Assembly: GCA_947085095.1 (NCBI GenBank) | Contig: CAMTVD010000039.1 | Coordinates: forward strand, 1-13,334 | Source of the DNA: an uncultured Thermus sp. | Lineage (GTDB): Bacteria; Deinococcota; Deinococci; Deinococcales; Thermaceae | Length of the DNA stretch: 13,334 nucleotides | Direction of reading: 5' to 3' | Part shown: positions 8,117-13,334 of the stretch, one piece after another | Numbering within the stretch: the first letter of the stretch is position 1 | Layout of the letters: each line of letters starts with the position of its first letter | The notes under the pieces: model-generated | The model's input: only the letters and a program-made list of their open reading frames with translations | Databases searched by the model: none | Told to the model about the DNA's origin: nothing | Made by a program: the position numbers and the translations under genes

Positions 8117-8722
8117 CTAGGATAGCCCGTAGCGGGCCCGGATCTCCCGCAGAAGGGCCTGGACCTGGGCCTCGAGGTCCTCCAGGCTTCCCCGGTTCTC
8201 CAGGACCCAGGTGGCCCGCCTGCGCTTCTCCTCCTCGGGCACCTGGGCCCTCTCCCGCGCCAGGACCTCCTCCCGGGAAAGCCCCGAGCGGGCCATGACC
8301 CTTCTTAGGCGCTCCTCCAGGGGGGCCGCCACCAGGACCACACCGTCAAGCCTTTCCTCCCAGCCCTTCTCAAAGAGGAGGGGGATCTCCAGGAAGACCA
8401 GGGGGGCGTTGAGGTGGGCAAGCTCCTCCCAAAGAAGGCGCCGGACCTCAGGGTGGACCAGGGCCTCCAACGCCCGAAGCCTTTCTGGGTCGGAGAAGAC
8501 CGCCTGGGCCAGCCGCCTCCGGTCCAGCTCCTCCCCCTGAAAGGCCTCGGGGAATAGCCTCTTAAGCTCTTCCTTCTTGTTCTCCCGGGCCCTGGCCGCC
8601 AGGAGGTCGGTGTCCAAGACCGGGTAGCCCATCTCCCGCAGGAGGGCCGCCACCGTGCTCTTGCCGCTCCCGATGTTCCCGGTGAGGCCGATAATGATGG
8701 GGTGCTTCGCCTTCTCGCCCAT
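8117..8722 (-). CDS. coaE: Dephospho-CoA kinase, 201 aa
   Basis: [16 protein letters not shown]-loop, [23 protein letters not shown] and RERAQ. Start reassigned to ATG 8722 (MGEKAKHP), preceded by AGGGGAAG. The ORF-track extension is antisense to the next gene. Confidence 0.95.
   Translation of the reverse strand: MGEKAKHPIIIGLTGNIGSGKSTVAALLREMGYPVLDTDLLAARARENKKEELKRLFPEAFQGEELDRRRLAQAVFSDPERLRALEALVHPEVRRLLWEELAHLNAPLVFLEIPLLFEKGWEERLDGVVLVAAPLEERLRRVMARSGLSREEVLARERAQVPEEEKRRRATWVLENRGSLEDLEAQVQALLREIRARYGLS
8119..8124 (-). promoter_or_regulatory. -10 hexamer TATCCT, 6 nt before the SDR ATG (inside the coaE 3' end)
   Basis: Minus strand reads TATCCT-aggggc-ATG(8112). Confidence 0.55.
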
Positions 8723-9973
8723 AGGGACTTCCCCTTTTATACCCCCAAGGGGGCCATCCCCATAGGGGGTGGGGTGCGGGACCTGCTTTTGGGAAGAAAG
8801 CCCCTGGACCTGGACTTCGCGGCCTGGGACCCGGAAGGGGCCGCCGAGGAGGCCAGGGGGCGCTACGGGGGGACCCTCTTTCCCCTGGACCGAGAACGGG
8901 GGCATTACCGCCTGGTGGCGGGCGGGCTTACCCTGGACTTCACCCCTTTGCAAGGGAATCTGGAGGAAGACCTCCTCCAGCGGGACTACCGCGTAAACGC
9001 CCTCCTTTGGCTCCGGGGCAACGTCTTTGGCCTGCCGGGGACAGAGGAGGACCTGAGGAAGCGCCGCCTCGTCCCCGTGCGGGAGGAAAACCTCTACCAG
9101 GACCACCTGAGAAGCCTAAGGGGGGTGCGCCTCGCCGCCACCCTGGGCCTGGGCCTTCCCTTAGAGGCGCGCAAGGCCCTATCCCGCCACGCCCGCTTTC
9201 TCCGGGAAAACCCCGAGGCCCTCCCCGCCCGGGAAAGGGTGCGGGAGGAGCTAAGGAGGCTCCTCCTCTCCAAAAGGGCCCCCTTCGGCCTGGACCTCCT
9301 GGCGCGGACGGGGCTTCTCGGGGTCTACCTCCCTGAACTCGCCCTCCTCGTGGGCCTGCACCAGGGAGGGGTGCACCACCTCTGCGCCTGGCGGCACACC
9401 CTCTCCGTCCTCTTCCACCTCCTCTGGCTCTGGCCCGAGGCCCCCCTCGAGGCCCGCCTCGCCGCCCTCTACCACGACGCCGGCAAGCCCCTCACCCGCC
9501 GCTACGATCCCGAGGCGGGGCGGTACCGCTTCCTGGGCCACGCCGAGGTGGGGGCGGAGGTGGCGAGGGCTAGCCTCCTCTGGCTCCGCTTCCCCAAGGA
9601 GGCGGTGGAAAAGGTGGCCCTCCTGGTGCGCCGCCACATGGACCACCCCCCCGAGGAGGCCAGGGCCCTCCGCCGCTTCTACTTCAAGCGGAAGGACCTC
9701 CTCCCCGCCCTTCCCTACCTGATGGCAGCGGACCGCCTCTCGGCCAAGGGGGTGGAGGCCGAGGCCTGGAGGGTGCTGGAGGCCTACCGGGAGGCCCTAA
9801 AAGACCCCTTCCCCGAAAGGCCCCTCCTCTCAGGGGAGGAGGTCATGGCCCTCCTGGGCCTAAAGCCCGGCCCTGAGGTGGGGGAAGCCCTAAGGGCCCT
9901 CCTCGAGGCCCAGGCGGAAGGAAGCGTGCGTACCCGGGAGGAGGCCCTGGCCCTTCTCCTAGGCCTCGCCTGA
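8702..9973 (+). CDS. Class II tRNA nucleotidyltransferase with HD domain, probably CC-adding, 423 aa
   Basis: Motif A GGGVRDLLLG...DLD, motif B EDLLQRDYRVNA, motif D QDHLRSLR, ERVREEL and HD-domain residues HTL...YHDAGKP...GHAEVG...AD. GTG 8702 is the only in-frame start ahead of motif A. Confidence 0.9.
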   Translation: MLRLLAHRDFPFYTPKGAIPIGGGVRDLLLGRKPLDLDFAAWDPEGAAEEARGRYGGTLFPLDRERGHYRLVAGGLTLDFTPLQGNLEEDLLQRDYRVNALLWLRGNVFGLPGTEEDLRKRRLVPVREENLYQDHLRSLRGVRLAATLGLGLPLEARKALSRHARFLRENPEALPARERVREELRRLLLSKRAPFGLDLLARTGLLGVYLPELALLVGLHQGGVHHLCAWRHTLSVLFHLLWLWPEAPLEARLAALYHDAGKPLTRRYDPEAGRYRFLGHAEVGAEVARASLLWLRFPKEAVEKVALLVRRHMDHPPEEARALRRFYFKRKDLLPALPYLMAADRLSAKGVEAEAWRVLEAYREALKDPFPERPLLSGEEVMALLGLKPGPEVGEALRALLEAQAEGSVRTREEALALLLGLA

Positions 9974-9987
9974 AGCCTCCTGGGCCC

Positions 9988-10016
9988 TTGACACCTAAGG
10001 TCCCATCGCTTACCCT
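9988..10016 (+). promoter_or_regulatory. Sigma70-type promoter of the Mn ABC operon
   Basis: -35 TTGACA (9988-9993), 17-bp spacer, -10 TACCCT (10011-10016). Confidence 0.85.
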
Positions 10017-10017
10017 A

Positions 10018-10039
10018 AGATTTAGGTGCGCCTAATTCT
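10018..10039. promoter_or_regulatory. DtxR/MntR-family operator (TTAGG-N4-CCTAA)
   Basis: Palindrome AGA-T-TTAGG-TGCG-CCTAA-T-TCT overlaps the predicted transcription start. It matches the TTAGG-N4-CCTAA boxes of MntR/SirR-type repressors and precedes a Tro/Mnt operon. Confidence 0.8.
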
Positions 10040-10068
10040 CTGGATAAAGACCGGAAGGAGGCTAGGGA

Positions 10069-11040
10069 ATGGAAAGGTTGCGGACACGTTCACACGGCAA
10101 AGCCTTCCTCATGATGGCCCTTGCTCTGGCGGCTGGCCTCGCCCTCCTCCTGACCCGTACCGCGCCCCTCGAGGCCGGGGCCCGCGGTGGGGGATCGATC
10201 CGAGCGGTGGCCACCACGACCATCGTGGCCGATGCCGTGCGCCAGGTGGGAGGCGACCGCGTGGAGGTGGTGAGCCTCATGGGCCCTGGCATTGACCCCC
10301 ACCTGTACCAGGCTAGGGAAAGCGATCTCCGGAACCTTTTGGAGGCGGACATCGTGTTCTATGTCGGCCACCAGCTGGAGGGAAAGATGGCGGAGGTCCT
10401 GGCCCGGGTTGGGGAGCAGAAGCCCTCCGTGGCCTTGGCGGAGCGCATCGATCCCGCCCGTTTACTTCCGGCCGAGGAGGACTTCCCCGGGGTATACGAT
10501 CCCCACATCTGGTTTGACGTGGGGCTATGGATGGAGGCGGTGAAGGTGGTGCAAGAGGCCCTCATGGACCTTGACCCCTCCCATGCCGAGGTCTACCGGG
10601 CCAACGCCCAGCGCTACCTCCAAAAGCTTGAGGAACTGGACCGCTGGGTGCGGGAAGAGGTGGAGAGGATACCCCCTGGCCGACGGGTCCTGATCACGGC
10701 CCACGATGCCTTCAAGTACCTCGGCAAGGCCTACGGCTTTGAGGTGCATGGGCTACAGGGCGTAACCACGGAGGTGGAGGCCAGCGTCGCCGACATACGG
10801 GCCTTGGCAGAGCTCATCGTACAAAGGCGCATCCCCGCCATCTTCGTGGAAGAGACCGTGCCGGTTCGCTTCCTCCGGGCCTTGCAGGAGGCTGTGCGGG
10901 CCCGGGGCTTTGAGGTGGTCATCGGGGGCGAACTCTACTCCGATGCTCTGGGTGCGCCGGGGACACCGGGGGAGACCTACTTGGGCATGGTGCGCCACAA
11001 CGTGGAGACCATCGTCCAAGCCCTAACCCGCGCAGATTAG
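10069..11040 (+). CDS. mntA: Mn2+/Zn2+/Fe2+ ABC transporter substrate-binding protein (TroA/MntA, cluster A-I), 323 aa
   Basis: Metal-ligand motifs GIDPHLY, YDPHIW, TAHDAF and ELYSD (His/His/His/Asp). N-terminal hydrophobic segment. SD GGAAGGAGG. Confidence 0.92.
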   Translation: MERLRTRSHGKAFLMMALALAAGLALLLTRTAPLEAGARGGGSIRAVATTTIVADAVRQVGGDRVEVVSLMGPGIDPHLYQARESDLRNLLEADIVFYVGHQLEGKMAEVLARVGEQKPSVALAERIDPARLLPAEEDFPGVYDPHIWFDVGLWMEAVKVVQEALMDLDPSHAEVYRANAQRYLQKLEELDRWVREEVERIPPGRRVLITAHDAFKYLGKAYGFEVHGLQGVTTEVEASVADIRALAELIVQRRIPAIFVEETVPVRFLRALQEAVRARGFEVVIGGELYSDALGAPGTPGETYLGMVRHNVETIVQALTRAD

Positions 11041-11060
11041 CCGGGAGAAAGGAGGGAGAT

Positions 11061-11843
11061 GTGGGAGGAGAACAGAAGGGCGGCGCCACCGCAGCCCTGG
11101 AGGTTCGGGATCTGACGGTGGTCTACCGGGAGCAGCCTGTGCTCTGGAATGTGAACCTAACCCTTCCCCCAGGGGTTCTACTGGCCATCGTCGGGCCCAA
11201 CGGTGCCGGAAAGACCACGCTGCTCAAGGCCATCCTCGGCCTCGTCCGCCCATTGGCGGGACAGGTCCTGGTTTTCGGCGAGCCCGTGGAAGGGAGGCGG
11301 CATCGCATCGGCTACGTGCCCCAGCGGAGCAGCGTGGACTGGGACTTCCCAATCAGCGTTTTGGACGTGGTCCTGATGGGCACCTACGGTCGGCTAGGCT
11401 GGTTCCGGCGCCCGGGGCGCCGGGAAAGGGTTCAGGCCCTAGAGGCCCTGGAGCAGGTGGGCCTTTCCCACCTCAAGGACCGGCAGATCGGCAAGCTCTC
11501 GGGGGGGCAGCAGCAGCGGGTCTTCCTCGCCCGGGCCTTGGTCCAGGAGGCAGACCTGTACCTTTTGGACGAGCCCTTTCAGGGTGTGGATGCCCTTACG
11601 GAAGAGGTTATCGTCCACCTCTTGCAAGGGCTTCGGGCCCAGGGCAAGACGGTGGCCGTGGTCCACCACGACCTGCAGACCGTACCCACCTACTTTGACT
11701 GGGTTCTCCTCCTGAACGTGCACCCCATCGCCTGTGGACCCGTAGCCGAGGCCTTTACTGAGGAAAACCTCCGGGCCACCTACAGCCGCCATCCCGTACC
11801 CTCCCTGGCCCAAACCAAGGTCGCCTCCCCCTCCAAGGACTAA
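11061..11843 (+). CDS. mntB: Metal ABC transporter ATP-binding protein (TroB/MntB), 260 aa
   Basis: [14 protein letters not shown]...[18 protein letters not shown] and VHHDL. SD AAAGGAGG. Confidence 0.95.
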   Translation: MGGEQKGGATAALEVRDLTVVYREQPVLWNVNLTLPPGVLLAIVGPNGAGKTTLLKAILGLVRPLAGQVLVFGEPVEGRRHRIGYVPQRSSVDWDFPISVLDVVLMGTYGRLGWFRRPGRRERVQALEALEQVGLSHLKDRQIGKLSGGQQQRVFLARALVQEADLYLLDEPFQGVDALTEEVIVHLLQGLRAQGKTVAVVHHDLQTVPTYFDWVLLLNVHPIACGPVAEAFTEENLRATYSRHPVPSLAQTKVASPSKD

Positions 11844-11848
11844 GGCCT

Positions 11849-12733
11849 ATGACCCTCGAGATCCTGAGCGACCCCACCCTCCGCACCGTAGCCCTAGGTG
11901 GGGTGGTCCTCGGCCTGGGAAGCGGGGCGGTGGGGGCCTATGCCCTGCTTCGCCAAAGAAGCCTCCTGGGCGACGCCGTGTCCCACGCAACCCTTCCCGG
12001 AATCGCCCTGGCCTTTTTACTTACCCGGAGCAAAGAACCTGCGATCCTCCTGGGGGGTGCCCTCTTGGCGGGCTGGCTGGGCTCCTGGCTGGTGGAGGCC
12101 ATCACTCGGACCACCCGGGTCAAACTGGACAGCGCCCTTGGCCTGGTCCTCTCGGTCTTCTTCGGCCTGGGTATCGTCCTCCTGACCTTCCTGCAAAGGT
12201 ATCCCGAAGCCGGCCAGGCAGGCCTTAACCGCTTCCTCTTCGGCCAAGCGGCCTCCATCCGCCAACAGGATGTCCTGGTCATGGCGCTCGGCGCAAGCGC
12301 CATCCTCCTGACAATAGGGTTGTTGTGGAAAGAACTCAAGACCATCGCCTTTGACCCCGAGTTCGCCGAGAGTTCAGGCCTCCCCGCCCGTGCCCTAGGG
12401 CTTATCCTGGACACCTTGACCGTCCTGGCCATCGTGGTGGGCCTGCACATGGTGGGCGTGGTCCTCATGAGCGCCATGCTGGTGGCCCCCGCTGCCGCCG
12501 CCCGCCAGTGGACGGACCGCCTGGACAGGATGGTTCCCCTAAGCGCCTTCTTTGGCATCCTCGCCAGCGTCGGGGGTGCCCTCCTCAGCGCCCTGATCCC
12601 CCGTCTGCCCACCGGCCCGGCCATCGTCTTGGTCATGGGCACCTTGGTCTTCCTCTCCTTGCTGGCTGCGCCCAACCGGGGCCTCCTCTGGCGCCGGCGG
12701 GCCAGGGGAAGGCCTGGTTTCCCTAAGGCTTAG
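11849..12733 (+). CDS. mntC: Metal ABC transporter permease (TroC/MntC), 294 aa
   Basis: ABC-3 permease motifs LLGDAVSHATLPG, FLFGQAA, WKELKTIAFDPEFA and VGVVLMSAMLVAPAAAA. Confidence 0.92.
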   Translation: MTLEILSDPTLRTVALGGVVLGLGSGAVGAYALLRQRSLLGDAVSHATLPGIALAFLLTRSKEPAILLGGALLAGWLGSWLVEAITRTTRVKLDSALGLVLSVFFGLGIVLLTFLQRYPEAGQAGLNRFLFGQAASIRQQDVLVMALGASAILLTIGLLWKELKTIAFDPEFAESSGLPARALGLILDTLTVLAIVVGLHMVGVVLMSAMLVAPAAAARQWTDRLDRMVPLSAFFGILASVGGALLSALIPRLPTGPAIVLVMGTLVFLSLLAAPNRGLLWRRRARGRPGFPKA

Positions 12734-12745
12734 GGGGGAAAGCCC

Positions 12746-13201
12746 ATGAGTGCAGCCCAGATAGAGATCCAGCTAATCGCCGCCCTGACCGCCGCAGCCT
12801 GCGCAATCCCTGGCACCTTCCTGGTGCTTCGGCGCATGGCGCTCATCAGCGACGCCATCAGCCACTCCGTGGTCCTAGGCATCGCCTTGGGCTTCCTACT
12901 GGTCCAGAGCCTGAATTCCCCGCTTCTGATCTTGGGAGCCGCCCTGGTGGGCCTGCTCACGGCCCTCCTGGTGGAGCTCCTCTATCGAACAGGGCTCGTG
13001 CGCCAGGATGCGGCCATCGGGCTGGTGTTTACCGTTCTCTTCAGCGTGGGCGTCATCCTCATCTCCCTTTACGCCAGAGGCGTGCACCTGGACGTGCATG
13101 CGGTTCTCCTAGGGGAGCTGGCCTTCGCTCCCCTCAACCGGCTGGTGGTGGCGGGGCGGGAGATCGGACCCGAAGCCCTTTACGTGAGCGCCACCCTGCT
13201 A
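12746..13201 (+). pseudogene. mntD: Second metal ABC permease (TroD/MntD), 5' fragment interrupted by IS630
   Basis: Manual translation from ATG 12746: MSAAQIEIQLIAALTAAACAIPGTFLVLRRMALISDAISHSVVLG...QDAAIGLVF...VHLDVHAVLLGELAF...VSATLL (152 codons). The junction CTG CTA|AGT then runs into the IS. Absent from the ORF track because the frame stays open to the window end. Confidence 0.88.
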
Positions 13202-13333
13202 AGTACCCTCCCCCAAGATTTTCAACTCCACACCCCCCAGGGCCTTGAGGGCCTGAACCACCGCCTCCCTAAGCTCCTCAACCCCCCCGTAGTGCCGCCG
13301 AGGCATCAAAAACCCCTTCACCCGCCGCCACAC
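13199..13333 (-). CDS. IS630-family DDE transposase, C-terminal fragment
   Basis: Manual translation VWRRVKGFLMPRRHYGGVEELREAVVQALKALGGVELKILGEGT*. The W-x-x-x-K and EL pattern is typical just after the catalytic NPIE Glu of IS630 transposases. The stop TAG is formed by the target TA plus the flanking G. Confidence 0.82.
   Translation of the reverse strand: MWRRVKGFLMPRRHYGGVEELREAVVQALKALGGVELKILGEGT
13202..13226. repeat. Right terminal inverted repeat of the IS630 element (25 bp, imperfect)
   Basis: AGTACCCTCCCCCAAGATTTTCAAC is 16/25 identical to the reverse complement of 112-136. Confidence 0.8.
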
Positions 13334-13334
13334 A
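13202..13334 (-). mobile_element. IS630-family insertion sequence, right end (partial; element continues off the window end)
   Basis: TA target at 13200-13201, inverted repeat matching the left end, and a transposase C-terminus on the minus strand. Confidence 0.88.

Noticed and set aside
8723..9106. 128-aa N-terminal extension of coaE, or a fusion protein
   Set aside because: It is antisense to the nucleotidyltransferase catalytic domain. CoaE homology begins at MGEKAKHP.
8702..9973. Poly(A) polymerase (pcnB) or defence-system nucleotidyltransferase
   Set aside because: No PAP-specific GRRF-type motif is visible. The class II tRNA nucleotidyltransferase motifs plus HD domain and the housekeeping context fit tRNA 3' maturation.

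Overview
GC-rich, gene-dense chromosomal segment, most likely from a Thermus species (recognised from recalled similarity of GalE, the thioredoxin-like protein, SufE and CoaE to Thermus thermophilus proteins; not database-checked). Both window ends lie in IS630-family insertion sequences in the same (minus) orientation. The IS left end and transposase N-terminus are at 1-136, and the transposase C-terminus and IS right end are at 13202-13334. Each IS sits at a C-TA target and truncates a metal-transport gene: a Ca2+/cation antiporter at the left and an MntD/TroD permease at the right. Between them are: (i) a translationally coupled P2A-type ATPase / CBS-pair protein / Ca2+:cation antiporter operon (minus); (ii) a thioredoxin-like protein and a GalE-type epimerase (plus); (iii) a minus-strand run coaE - SDR - sufE - plsY-like - divergent argininosuccinate-lyase-like gene; (iv) a loop-less, probably CC-adding, tRNA nucleotidyltransferase overlapping coaE head-to-head; (v) a TroABCD/MntABCD-type Mn2+ ABC operon with a clear sigma70 promoter and a DtxR/MntR-type box. 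Many genes have a TANNNT -10 hexamer exactly 6 nt before the start codon, suggesting leaderless mRNAs. No clearly new system can be proven from sequence alone. The best candidates are the altered-specificity lyase with its atypical PlsY neighbour, the ATPase-CBS-antiporter module, and the promoter-bearing IS630 ends.
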